From a virus (taxonomy: Duplodnaviria > Caudoviricetes): a DNA stretch of 38,197 nt. Made by a program: the position numbers and the translations under genes. The DNA is taken from positions 1 to 38,197 of the IMG/VR virus record IMGVR_UViG_3300047157_000016. One strand, given 5' to 3'. The notes beneath the pieces are model-generated. The model worked only from the letters and a program-made list of their open reading frames with translations, searched no databases and was not told the origin of the DNA. Shown here piece after piece: positions 15,901 to 24,834 of the stretch (position 1 is its first letter; every line of letters begins with the position of its first letter).

Positions 15901-16550
15901 ATTAACTCATCTTTTGTTTTTAATTTTTTATCTTTGTTATAAGCACCGTATGTTCTCTGTAAAGATTCAAGAAGTGGTCTGTTACTTTTCATATCTTGAA
16001 TAGTAAACTCTTCTCCGCCTTTTAAATCAAGACCTGTACCTATAGAGTCCATCCAGTTAACGGAACCTTCCGCACAGTCTTTACCGCCTTTTTCAAATGT
16101 ACACATAGTATCATTTAAAAACATTTTTCTTTTGTCTAGGATAGCTTGGTATTGAGTGTTAAGATTTATTTTTCCTTGCTCATCACCTTTCTCATCTAGC
16201 TCTTTCCACAAAGATTGATACTCATTTCTTTTTTCCGCATAAACATTTGTCCAATAATCAGCAGCTTCTCCATCTTCACTGAATGTTTTGTTTAATTGAT
16301 TAACTTCCTCAAGAGATTGGATTTGTTTTTCAGCTTGAGATACACTTGTAACACCATATGCTGTATCTCCTACATCCAAGTAAGGTCCTGATGGCATCCA
16401 TCCTTCAGATTCTATTCGATTGATTTCATCTTCTACTAAAGCATCCTCCACTTTTTTAAGAGGATTATTAGAAATTACTGATAGATTATTTTGTTTATCT
16501 CTAATCCACTCAGCTCTTGAAGAGTAACCTATAGGGATTCCTGCTGGCAT
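12915..16550 (-). CDS. Large internal virion / DNA ejection protein (1211 aa)
   Basis: Size, helical composition, Gly-rich hydrophobic segments and position after the tail genes. Confidence 0.7.
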   Translation of the reverse strand: MPAGIPIGYSSRAEWIRDKQNNLSVISNNPLKKVEDALVEDEINRIESEGWMPSGPYLDVGDTAYGVTSVSQAEKQIQSLEEVNQLNKTFSEDGEAADYWTNVYAEKRNEYQSLWKELDEKGDEQGKINLNTQYQAILDKRKMFLNDTMCTFEKGGKDCAEGSVNWMDSIGTGLDLKGGEEFTIQDMKSNRPLLESLQRTYGAYNKDKKLKTKDELINEWIRAQHFFEYNFAKKGIEGLKSLKMTDEQKQDFAVQWVNFQKLLGSEDDGGISLSAKWENITAAILSDPTTYYGGNIVRQLIKFGGKKLLKKDLEKEAVKVGIKKFLSGSIAQGANKGFKVGATYMAVDNLSDQRVLIQGGVQENVNLLDTSIDALAGGIAGYGFGIGIGGGSAAVKATLKNLADDYLIKSNLSNQQVIDEIGLAVQDEKSLKKFLKKIGWSPKDVKAEVVKRRAEGFDYAVPTVVRNSEEAILGTPSKEKFIAEQSTLVTPRTKRLAESELIPPRKVKTPDDVKYNDSILRARDRVEKTEAGEKALMADMVNVGNVVLPKFNRWGYNTYKYINDQIGSGLARTVYGPDIQLINSGARNLGEAMYGANVAIDINVARINGKIASFIKQNKKELGDTNRLIENGVNAKGVTPVQKQYINMILKDKKAVLTDAAKSGVISRKDFNKFIKDTSYVPRIWNTAYLTDPKGAAEFKNYLQAALKKSPKSTEKLIQNISGSKEYTKEFLSGEMNAKDIKRLWFMNAMDRTNIKRSTHLEKTRKFVIPARMERDLDPFMAPAAERWQMFFADTIKRNEYAKRFGADDERVTKFIKQLRKDGKNTEADDVQEIYFTAVGDPLKSAVIRNVQDVNSKMSGRAISRINALQNHKLGLAFIPNATQTFVNGTTELARSGNLVTLPYKAISSLVRAIVKSPQDMADINAVGVLGDMDLAKILTENSPSARIIDREFKGPWKFLNEPTQFLRATGFMSVERLNRRGAAVMGVGHVKYLHTKLQKLIKNGKGDSKIANKLQREMKELGVADPLRTELSAQDIAIAGHMFNKRVNFSGESATLPVNWSKPWYKLATKFKSFMFFQARFLKRSVADELFINKNPAPLLTYMAFAGIGGNAIEQVRSLLTGRDIEENRNAFELLINGIGNAGAFGLWFDTLQQVGERGSSALAGIAGPTISDALDTLGDLSKGDIDKIILRLVPNIPGKGYLKDAWRDI

Positions 16551-16551
16551 A

Positions 16552-17871
16552 TTAGTCTGTTATCATTGTAGAAGAACCACTGCCTTGTCCAGCACCTTGT
16601 CCACCACTAGCTGTATTAACAGCAGTACCCATAATGCTTTGTAAAGGATTCTCTAAGTTTTTAAACTCATTCCATATTGAATCAGGAGTAACTCCTCTAT
16701 TTTTAGCAAGGTAATAAAGTTGAACTGCTATATCATTTTCTGTATACAAACCTTCTTCACCATCTTTACCAGTAAAATCTTTAATTCCAAAATCAATATC
16801 TTTATCTACAAATGTAATAATTCTGTCAAGTTCTGTTTTACCCGGAGGAGAATAAGAAGTTTCAGACGCAGCTTTAGCAGCTACTGCTTTCTTATAATCT
16901 ACACCTGTAATACTGGTAACAAACTCCTCTAGTGTTCCTTTATATCCACCACCTGCAGTAGACTTAGCATACTCATAAAGACTAATAGAGCTTTCTTTCT
17001 GAATAGTTTTAAGGTTAGATATTAGTTTTTGATAATCAGTAAAGCTTCCATCATACTCTCCATTTGCTACAGCAAACTTATAGTTTTTACTTAGCTCTGT
17101 TTTATCAAGATTACCAATCATAGCTTCACTTTGAATAATGTCTTGCTCAATTCCTCTTATTCTTGCTTCATCAACTGTTACGCCACTCTTAGAAGCTGCA
17201 ATCTCTTGTTCAATTTTTTCAATGTTAGCTGCGTTTAACTCTGTGTTTAAATTCATTTGTTTTTCTGCTAACTCTACTTGAGATTTAGAAGCATTAATAA
17301 CTTGTTCAATCCTACGTATATCAGCTTCTTGAAACACGCTTTTTAAATCAGTTAATATTTCTTGATTGCTAACACCTGCTTTAGATGCAGCAATTGCTTG
17401 GTCTATTTGCTCCATTTGTGATTCAGTGTAGCGTTTAGATAAGTTAAACTTCATTTCCGCTAAGTTATCACCAGCAACAATTGAACCTGTCTGTGCTTCT
17501 AGGTTTGCAAGCTCTGCTAAATTTCTTGAATACACGTTAGCTGTGTCCATCATATCTTTAGCTTGGTCGTAGAAACCACCTTGCCATAATGCTGATGACA
17601 TTTCTTGTAAACTTTCTGGTTTACTGGGGTCAAAATTAGGTATACTTGCAGTAATTTTTTGGAAGTCAGCTACTCTTTGTTCAGCAGTTGTTACTCCACC
17701 CAAACCTCTACCAACAGACCTGCCAAGCATACCTCCTGCTCTGCCTGCAGCGTTAGTAATAGCCTGCCATCCTGTGCCTACGTTGGCAGAAGAAGCTTCT
17801 CTTTGATTAGCAGCATCTATTAATTCAGCTTCATATTTATTTAAACCTGTAAACATTCCTTGTTCTGCCAT
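16552..17871 (-). CDS. Internal virion / ejection protein (439 aa)
   Basis: Gly/Ala-rich N-terminus, repeated IEQ.I.ASK coiled-coil units, synteny. Confidence 0.65.
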   Translation of the reverse strand: MAEQGMFTGLNKYEAELIDAANQREASSANVGTGWQAITNAAGRAGGMLGRSVGRGLGGVTTAEQRVADFQKITASIPNFDPSKPESLQEMSSALWQGGFYDQAKDMMDTANVYSRNLAELANLEAQTGSIVAGDNLAEMKFNLSKRYTESQMEQIDQAIAASKAGVSNQEILTDLKSVFQEADIRRIEQVINASKSQVELAEKQMNLNTELNAANIEKIEQEIAASKSGVTVDEARIRGIEQDIIQSEAMIGNLDKTELSKNYKFAVANGEYDGSFTDYQKLISNLKTIQKESSISLYEYAKSTAGGGYKGTLEEFVTSITGVDYKKAVAAKAASETSYSPPGKTELDRIITFVDKDIDFGIKDFTGKDGEEGLYTENDIAVQLYYLAKNRGVTPDSIWNEFKNLENPLQSIMGTAVNTASGGQGAGQGSGSSTMITD

Positions 17872-18674
17872 TAGTAATCTCCTCTACCGGGTCCTCGATT
17901 TAAACTCATAGGCTGATAACTGCTTGAGCCTGTTGCACTTCTGTTAAATAAATTACTCATATAATTATTAAAACCGTCATACTCTCTATCACCAAACTGT
18001 TCCATAGCGTTTGCCCAAAAGTTTGCTTGTGTACCACCAAGACCAAGTGCAGCTCCTTGTTGTGCATTACCTGCATATTGAGCTCCAGCACCCATAAGTC
18101 CAGCCATTTGTGCACTCGTGTTTGCATAGTTCATAGGAAGATTACCTATAGCAAGTGCAGTTTGTCTATCTTGTAATTCTCTTGCTCTCATAGAGTCTAA
18201 TGTATTTTGTGCAGTAGCATAAGAATTAGATAATAGTCCAAGTCTTTGCTGTCCTTGTGCTTCCTGTAGTGCTTGCATCTGACCTGCACCACCTGTACTA
18301 CCTAGCCTACCTTGTTGTAGTAACCTAGACTCTTGAGCCAATGATTGCCTTTCTTGTTCAGGTGCTACTAAACCTAGCTGTTGATTATACAGTTGTTGCT
18401 GTAATGCCATTGGGTCTAAGTCTTGTATCTGTTGTGCAGTAGCTCCTGCTCTACCCATTAGTGCATCATACTGTGCTTGTAAGTCATCACTTAAAGCCAT
18501 GGTTGAACCACCTTGTTCATCATAACCAAATGTACCAAATAAACCACTAACACCTCTAGGAAGTGACCTTTGATATGCTTGTTCACCTGCCTGTCGTTGT
18601 GCCTCAGCAGTTTTCTTAGCTGCTCTGTTTGTCATTATTCCACCTATTAAGGCACTAGCTATTTGTCCCCACAT
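17871..18674 (-). CDS. Internal virion / DNA pilot-like protein (267 aa)
   Basis: Gln/Ala/Gly-rich with hydrophobic N-terminus, synteny. Confidence 0.65.
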   Translation of the reverse strand: MWGQIASALIGGIMTNRAAKKTAEAQRQAGEQAYQRSLPRGVSGLFGTFGYDEQGGSTMALSDDLQAQYDALMGRAGATAQQIQDLDPMALQQQLYNQQLGLVAPEQERQSLAQESRLLQQGRLGSTGGAGQMQALQEAQGQQRLGLLSNSYATAQNTLDSMRARELQDRQTALAIGNLPMNYANTSAQMAGLMGAGAQYAGNAQQGAALGLGGTQANFWANAMEQFGDREYDGFNNYMSNLFNRSATGSSSYQPMSLNRGPGRGDY

Positions 18675-18683
18675 ATTATTCTC

Positions 18684-19331
18684 CTATGCTGTGCGTTTCC
18701 ACATATAGACTACTATATATGGTTGTAAGTTATTGTGTGCTGTACCGCTTCCTACTGTTGATGTAGTTAAACTATTGCTTACTCCAGCAGTTGTACCGAC
18801 AGTATTATTAGCATTTATTAAGTTAGTACCGTAATCATATGAACCATTATATTCAGAAGCTGCCCAGTTGTGATAGTGAGCAGGTAAATTAGCTTCTGTT
18901 AAGGTTTGAGTTTCAGAACCGCCAGTTGCATTTAGCGTATCAAATGTACCACTAGATGCTTTACCTACTGGAACTCTGCCTTCTCCATATGCTGCCCAAG
19001 TACCTACACCAAGAAGCGTTGCTGGATTAGTTGCTACTGTTGCGTTAATATATATTGAACCAACTGGATAAACTAAATCATTGATTTTTGCTGCTGTCGT
19101 TGCAGCTGTAACAAACGCTGTTGTTGCTACCTGATTAGTATTAGTTCCTGCAGTTGCTGTTGCAGCAGTAACTACTTGACTTGTATTTGCTAAGTCTGCT
19201 TTAGAGTTAACAGCAGTTTTAACCGCATTAAATTCTGTATTAAAATCACCACCACTGACTACTTTGTCAGGGTCTGAGTCGTTTAAAGCATCCTTACCTG
19301 ACCATGGTATTTGTAAATTATAACTGCTCAT
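18684..19331 (-). CDS. Short tail fibre/needle with baseplate gp10-C / collar-like domain
   Basis: YPVGSIYI, GRVPVG, TGGSETQTLTEANLPAHYH, HNNLQPYIVVYMWKRTA; the ATG at 19331 overlaps the upstream TGA. Confidence 0.75.
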   Translation of the reverse strand: MSSYNLQIPWSGKDALNDSDPDKVVSGGDFNTEFNAVKTAVNSKADLANTSQVVTAATATAGTNTNQVATTAFVTAATTAAKINDLVYPVGSIYINATVATNPATLLGVGTWAAYGEGRVPVGKASSGTFDTLNATGGSETQTLTEANLPAHYHNWAASEYNGSYDYGTNLINANNTVGTTAGVSNSLTTSTVGSGTAHNNLQPYIVVYMWKRTA

Positions 19332-21037
19332 CGTATTTTCCCTTGTTTTGCCCAAATAGAAATGTTTTGTAAAGAAGCTTTAAACCCCGATACCGTTTGT
19401 ATTATCTGTAGTCTAACAACCTTAGCTGCTCTTGACATAGATACTTTGTACTCTGTAGGTTGGAAAGCAGGAGCATACTTGGCATTGCCATACTTACCCT
19501 GTCCCCACAAAGCATTGACTCCACCAGTAGTAGGGTCTAATGTAAAGTTAGCTGATGTAGGAGTAACATTGTAATCTCTAAACCAGTTAAGTGTTACGTT
19601 CATATTCTTACCACCTGACCAGATAGCTAAGAATCTTTTTAAAAATTTAGTTATACCCGGCTGTTCAAAGTCTAGCCATGTAGTTTTAAAATCTGCTTGG
19701 TATGTATTGTCTACATCTTGATAACATTTACTTGTATTAGATTCCCATGTGTGTCCAGCAGTAGTACATGCACTTGATGTACCATAAGTAGCAGTAACAT
19801 CTTTTTTCTCTACATCATAGAATCCTGAATAAGTAGCTACTTTTCCAAAGTTAGTAACAGCTCCTAAACCTATATATAAAAAATCATCAGTAGATAACAA
19901 AGCTCCAGGATTTTTCTTAGAATCAAAGTTCCAAGTTGTTATACGTGGAGCACCTTCAGGTGTTGTAGCTTTAAAGTCAAACACATAAACAATATTTTTA
20001 CCACCAAAACTTAATAAGTAAGAACCAGTAGATAAATCATATTGAGCTTTTACTTGGTTCATGTCAGCAGTTAATATGTTTGTTCTTATTTCATCCTTAA
20101 TAGCTAGACTTAAATCTGTCAATGGCATCTTGTCTTGTACCATTGTACGAGCTAGTGAACGTACTCCTGATGAACTTAGGAATACAATGTCATCACCAAT
20201 GACTTGTACTGAATCTCTAGCTACACATCCTACACCTTCAATAACTTCATCTAATTGAAATGAAGCTGCAGCTGGGTCCCAAGGGTCATTATAAATAACA
20301 ATGTTACTCTTACCAAAAATAACTAGCTTGCCCATAAAAGAAGCTAGTGCTGTTATCTCATCACCTGACCATACAGTTTTTAAATCTACTGAACCTGACG
20401 CACCACCATTAAATGTTTGACCTATTAATGTATCAGAGTAATAAACTACATCTTTGTTTTCACCTATGTTTCCTACCCATATCCTACCATAATCTCCTAG
20501 AATACAAGAAGGTGTAAAAGTAGTAACACCAGTAGGTTTGTGATAACTGCCTACATCTTCTAAATCTTTCCATGTAGTGCCATCATAATTTATTGGTTGA
20601 TTACCTGTCTGTACTCCATAGAACTGGTTATTAAAGTTTGTAAATTGCCAGTTGCCATTAGTTTTAGTAGTAGCTGAACCACCAAAAGTCTGTGCATCTA
20701 AAGTATAAGGAGTGTTAGCTGTGTTAATTTTATATACATTAGCACCAGCTCCAGCAAATAAAGTCTTAGCTCCTGTTGCACTAATATACTCACCTAATGA
20801 TTTAACTATTAATGTATTAGCTGTAGGATTTCCATCAGTATCTAAACTGCCAGTATGTATATTATCTGTTACTTGTTTAATTCCTTCTCTAGTAGTAACA
20901 CGTCCCTTCTCATCTAACATAATATTGTTAGCTGTTGTTAAGAACTGTGGTGGTAAACTGGAAGCCGATGACTGCCTGTTTAATCCATAGATACCTATAG
21001 AGTCTAATACAAGGGGTTGTATTGGTTTAGACGCCAT
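19328..21037 (-). CDS. Tail nozzle / tubular protein B-like
   Basis: Beta-rich 569 aa, GVGCVARDSV motif, follows the adaptor gene. Confidence 0.75.
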   Translation of the reverse strand: MASKPIQPLVLDSIGIYGLNRQSSASSLPPQFLTTANNIMLDEKGRVTTREGIKQVTDNIHTGSLDTDGNPTANTLIVKSLGEYISATGAKTLFAGAGANVYKINTANTPYTLDAQTFGGSATTKTNGNWQFTNFNNQFYGVQTGNQPINYDGTTWKDLEDVGSYHKPTGVTTFTPSCILGDYGRIWVGNIGENKDVVYYSDTLIGQTFNGGASGSVDLKTVWSGDEITALASFMGKLVIFGKSNIVIYNDPWDPAAASFQLDEVIEGVGCVARDSVQVIGDDIVFLSSSGVRSLARTMVQDKMPLTDLSLAIKDEIRTNILTADMNQVKAQYDLSTGSYLLSFGGKNIVYVFDFKATTPEGAPRITTWNFDSKKNPGALLSTDDFLYIGLGAVTNFGKVATYSGFYDVEKKDVTATYGTSSACTTAGHTWESNTSKCYQDVDNTYQADFKTTWLDFEQPGITKFLKRFLAIWSGGKNMNVTLNWFRDYNVTPTSANFTLDPTTGGVNALWGQGKYGNAKYAPAFQPTEYKVSMSRAAKVVRLQIIQTVSGFKASLQNISIWAKQGKIR

Positions 21038-21698
21038 TCCAAATTACCTCATCTGAGTGTCTGCCTACATCTTGTTGTATTGCATCTGATAATGCTTGTT
21101 GATATTGCATCTGTGCTAAGTCTGATAGTGTTCCACCATCTTCGCCACGTTCAGCTATAGCTCGTGCCCATACCCCCATTATAACAGGAAACTCTGGACA
21201 TGTCAAGACATCTGTTGAATTTGTTAAATCATCTTGTGGGTCTAACAGATAAAAATTTATGTTATAAACAGCGTCAGGCTTAGGATATATCTGAGCTGTT
21301 AATAGACCACTACTGGTCCCATTAATAGAAAAGTAAGAAGGAACACCTGAGCTATCAGGACTAGGATATTGTGTAGACCTAATCCATGAATCAGGCACAC
21401 CTTGTAACATTTGTCCTTGTTCTTGTTCTTGTACTGACAATGTTCTAGTACGTTGTGATGTACTAGGTAAATTATAGCTACGTGTATCAGCTACAGTAGC
21501 TACTGTTTCTATACGTCTTAGTGATGTCCAGTCCCAAGCATCTTCTACTTCTCTTTTAACTTCATTAACAAAGTCACCAATTAATACTTGATAGTCTGAT
21601 GGACCAGCAGCATCTATTAATGCTCCTGACCAATCACTGCCTATACTATCTTCTCTTAGTCTACGTAATACTGCATTAATAATTTGTCTGTATGTCAT
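21027..21698 (-). CDS. Tail adaptor / tubular protein A-like
   Basis: MTYRQIINAVLRRLRE, WDW, IYPKPD pattern. Confidence 0.75.
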   Translation of the reverse strand: MTYRQIINAVLRRLREDSIGSDWSGALIDAAGPSDYQVLIGDFVNEVKREVEDAWDWTSLRRIETVATVADTRSYNLPSTSQRTRTLSVQEQEQGQMLQGVPDSWIRSTQYPSPDSSGVPSYFSINGTSSGLLTAQIYPKPDAVYNINFYLLDPQDDLTNSTDVLTCPEFPVIMGVWARAIAERGEDGGTLSDLAQMQYQQALSDAIQQDVGRHSDEVIWNGV

Positions 21699-22136
21699 CT
21701 ACTTCCCCTTGGCTAATTGAGCACCAAAATAAAATTCTATAATCATTGTTGCCCACCCAAATATTTCATCCATCTTGAGTACAGCACCTGCTTCTACTTT
21801 TACATATTCAATAACATCAGGTGTTAATTGAAAACCTAGTATACTAGCTCCTTCTATAACTGTTGGTATTACTGTAGGTACATCAAAGAACACAGGAGCT
21901 ATTTGTGTAAATATAATTAATGCTAGTATAACTAATATAATAATCCTTCTGTTCATAGCAGCCATAGGTGACTCTTTGTCAGCTCTATCTCTAGCCATGT
22001 TAATAGAATCATTACGTACTTGCAATGATTGTATCATTAGCTTTTGTTGTTCAGCTGCTGCTTGACTTTTTAATGCAAACAACTTACCAACAAAACCTAA
22101 CATAATTGGTGCTACATTAGTTATAAACGCTATCAT
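21699..22136 (-). CDS. Membrane protein, candidate holin (145 aa)
   Basis: Hydrophobic segments, RR before a TM helix, C-terminal FYFG. The ATG at 22136 (ATGA overlap) is preferred over 22211. Confidence 0.55.
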   Translation of the reverse strand: MIAFITNVAPIMLGFVGKLFALKSQAAAEQQKLMIQSLQVRNDSINMARDRADKESPMAAMNRRIIILVILALIIFTQIAPVFFDVPTVIPTVIEGASILGFQLTPDVIEYVKVEAGAVLKMDEIFGWATMIIEFYFGAQLAKGK

Positions 22137-22342
22137 ACTACTAATCCTATTGCTTCTATAATTCCTACTTGTGCAATAATATAAAAAATAATTGCACCAT
22201 AAACGCCCCATTTAATCTGTAACAAAGAATTATTAATCTTTGCTATACATTTATTAGTGTCATCAATTTTACTAAACAACTTAGCTATTTGTCCTGCATG
22301 TTTGTCTAGCTGTAATTGCATTCTCTTAATGTCATCCGTCAC
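22133..22342 (-). CDS. Small coiled-coil protein with C-terminal TM helix
   Basis: Heptad N-terminus, then WGVYGAIIFYIIAQVGII. Confidence 0.7.
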   Translation of the reverse strand: MTDDIKRMQLQLDKHAGQIAKLFSKIDDTNKCIAKINNSLLQIKWGVYGAIIFYIIAQVGIIEAIGLVV

Positions 22343-22464
22343 TTCTTAAATCCTTTCTTCATATTAGCATAGGCTTTCTTGCTGATAGTAGATTTCTTTT
22401 TGCTTCTACTAATACCTTTCTTTTTCCTAGCATTAATGTTTGCGTATAGTCCTCGTTTAGCCAT
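22339..22464 (-). CDS. Very basic 41-aa peptide (not in ORF track)
   Basis: MAKRGLYANINARKKKGISRSKKKSTISKKAYANMKKGFKK; coupled on both sides. Confidence 0.75.
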   Translation of the reverse strand: MAKRGLYANINARKKKGISRSKKKSTISKKAYANMKKGFKK

Positions 22465-22739
22465 TACCATTTCACCTTGTTTGCCCAGTACGCTGCACTG
22501 GTTTTACCTTTAGCTATGTTCTTAGCGTGTCTAGCCTTAAATGATTTACGTTTAGCTTTCATTGCAGCAGACTCACCAGCTTTAGGTTTACCTGCAGTAG
22601 AAGCTCCTTTCTCACCAAACCTAATCATGCGGTCCTTACCACCATCTTTGATAAGGACTACATGAGATTTCTTACCTTTAGATGAACGCTTAGGTTTGTT
22701 ATATCCTGAGAATGTTTCACCCCTGTAAGTTACTGCCAT
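22464..22739 (-). CDS. Basic 91-aa protein
   Basis: IRFG...RKSFKARH...SAAYWANKVKW; coupled ORF. Confidence 0.8.
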   Translation of the reverse strand: MAVTYRGETFSGYNKPKRSSKGKKSHVVLIKDGGKDRMIRFGEKGASTAGKPKAGESAAMKAKRKSFKARHAKNIAKGKTSAAYWANKVKW

Positions 22740-22813
22740 TACTTCTTCTTTCCTTTTTTCTTCATTGGTGGACGACCTCTTTTCTTACCGTATGTACCTT
22801 TTCCTGCTGGCAT
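22739..22813 (-). CDS. 24-aa basic AT-hook peptide (not in ORF track)
   Basis: AGGAG RBS; MPAGKGTYGKKRGRPPMKKKGKKK; TAATG coupling. Confidence 0.7.
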   Translation of the reverse strand: MPAGKGTYGKKRGRPPMKKKGKKK

Positions 22814-22822
22814 ATTATTCTC

Positions 22823-23374
22823 CTAGTTTGCTAGTGGGTTATCTAAAGCTCTTTGTATTTTACTACCGAGCCTTTCTTCTAACTCTTTAATCTTTCTATC
22901 TGTATCAGAATAAAGAGAATCTCTTCTGTCATCAAATCTTTTCTCAGCATTATCAATCATATCTTTAATATCTTTTTGCTGTTCCTGTAAATCTGATTCA
23001 ACATCATTAACAATACTTTCAAGGTGTCGCATATCTTCTCTAACTTCTACCTTGACTTCCTTTACATACTTAATTTGTTCATCAACATTATCTTTAATTA
23101 AGTTAATCTCTTCTTTAAACAAATCAATTTCTTTACTAACAAACTCCATGTGTGTATTTACTGTAGACATGTGTTCATTTATAACTGCTAAATCTTTTTC
23201 TATAGTAGATAAATCAGGTGACTCAAACGCAGCAATCTTAGCTTCCATATCTAAGTATCTCTGATATACTTCAAAACCACCCCACAGAGCTCCAAGAATT
23301 GTCCCTAAGAGGGGTATTATTAGTAGAGCCTTACTACCCCCTACCTTGACTCCCGCGTACTCTATTTCTGCCAT
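22823..23374 (-). CDS. Membrane-anchored coiled-coil protein (183 aa)
   Basis: N-terminal TM (ALLIIPLLGTILGALWGGF) then long heptad repeats, ends DNPLAN. Confidence 0.8.
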   Translation of the reverse strand: MAEIEYAGVKVGGSKALLIIPLLGTILGALWGGFEVYQRYLDMEAKIAAFESPDLSTIEKDLAVINEHMSTVNTHMEFVSKEIDLFKEEINLIKDNVDEQIKYVKEVKVEVREDMRHLESIVNDVESDLQEQQKDIKDMIDNAEKRFDDRRDSLYSDTDRKIKELEERLGSKIQRALDNPLAN

Positions 23375-24834
23375 TGTAGGTCCATCAATTTATTGTGTAG
23401 TATTTCGTTAGCCAAACCGTTTCTTAATCCTCTTTGATTATCTGGTATATCCTTGTCTAAATATATACCTTTATCTTTATAAAACACACCATCAATAAGC
23501 AGTTGTGTATTGTAAGTATTAAAGCCAGCATTAAAGTTTAAGAGAGCTAAGATTAGACTTTGTAGTTTTTGTTGTTCCTCTAATGATGCAGCTTCTCCCA
23601 TTTCTGTCGCAAGGTTTTGTAGCTTGTTGCTAATAATCTCTCGCATCTTTTCTTTCTTACTAGCTTTCTTTTTTGTTTCTACTAGCTTAGGTTCTTCTAC
23701 TTTAGCTTCTACTATCTCTTCTTGTTCAGGCTCCTCTTCTGTTTGTTCTTCTTGTATGGTTTCTTCTTCCGGCTCTGACTCATCAAGTTCCTCCTCTATT
23801 GGTTCTTCTAAAGGTTCTTCTTCTACTTCAGGCTCTAAAAATTCTTCTAACTCTGCTTCTATTTCCTCTATTAATTCTTCTTGTGCTATGTCCTCAAATA
23901 AATCTTCCATCTCTGGTATTGCTTCTTCTAATGTAGTAGCAATTAAAGTATAATCATCCAACGGTTCTATTTCTATTACTTGAAAAACCTCTGGCTCTTC
24001 CAAGACGAATACTGATTCAATAGTTTCCTCATCAGTTTCCCAAACTTCTTGTACATCTTCCTCAACATATTCATCTAAGTAAGCATCACTCCATCCATCA
24101 CAACCGTAATCGTACAAAGGGTCCAATGCACATTGTTGATTATACACATTATCAGCATAGACTTGTGGGTAGTATAAACAACTGATATGACTGTCTGGTA
24201 TTACACTGCATACACTTTCTCCATTTGCTATTTCTACTGGGTCATCTTCTTGACTGTTCCAAAAGATTGCTCCGTTAGTAGGGTGGTTATAAAACCATTG
24301 TTCATACTCACCTTGACTTAAATCTCCAACCACTGCTACTGTTACTGCGTGGTTATTTATTTGTACCTGCTCATAGTTTACTTCTATGTTACCCATTGGG
24401 TATATTGTCAGGTCAAATGTATTACTTGTATTCCTGTCGTAATACTCTGATAAGTTTTCCCACATGTATTTCTGGAAACTCTCATCACCTTGTGTATAAA
24501 ACTTACCTACACCTGTGTCTATTAAATCTGTGTTCCAAGGCATTATGGTGTAATTAAATCTTACACCTGTAAATGAACTTAGGTCTTGTCCTTGACAACA
24601 CAACCCATCATATACAATGCCAGTACCGGGTACATCAAGAGGGTCAAGAAACCCCACAACACCGTTACTAAACATAAAGCTAGTGACATAACTATTTCCA
24701 TAAAAAGGAAAAGTAAAGTCAAGAGGTACCTCAATCCAGCCATCATCTCCAATCTGATGCTCAACTATCTCAGGGTCAGACCACGAGAATAGCGAGAAGG
24801 ATAACGCCAAGAATGCCACTAACCAATTTCTCAA
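23362..24834 (-). CDS. Exported protein with nidogen(NIDO)-like domain, Cys-rich segment and Glu-rich linker (490 aa)
   Basis: Signal peptide MRNWLVAFLALSFSLFSWS; GDDG..EVPLDFTFPFYGNSY..FMFSNGVVGF...IMPWNTDL resembles the NIDO-associated motif. Confidence 0.7.
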   Translation of the reverse strand: MRNWLVAFLALSFSLFSWSDPEIVEHQIGDDGWIEVPLDFTFPFYGNSYVTSFMFSNGVVGFLDPLDVPGTGIVYDGLCCQGQDLSSFTGVRFNYTIMPWNTDLIDTGVGKFYTQGDESFQKYMWENLSEYYDRNTSNTFDLTIYPMGNIEVNYEQVQINNHAVTVAVVGDLSQGEYEQWFYNHPTNGAIFWNSQEDDPVEIANGESVCSVIPDSHISCLYYPQVYADNVYNQQCALDPLYDYGCDGWSDAYLDEYVEEDVQEVWETDEETIESVFVLEEPEVFQVIEIEPLDDYTLIATTLEEAIPEMEDLFEDIAQEELIEEIEAELEEFLEPEVEEEPLEEPIEEELDESEPEEETIQEEQTEEEPEQEEIVEAKVEEPKLVETKKKASKKEKMREIISNKLQNLATEMGEAASLEEQQKLQSLILALLNFNAGFNTYNTQLLIDGVFYKDKGIYLDKDIPDNQRGLRNGLANEILHNKLMDLQWQK

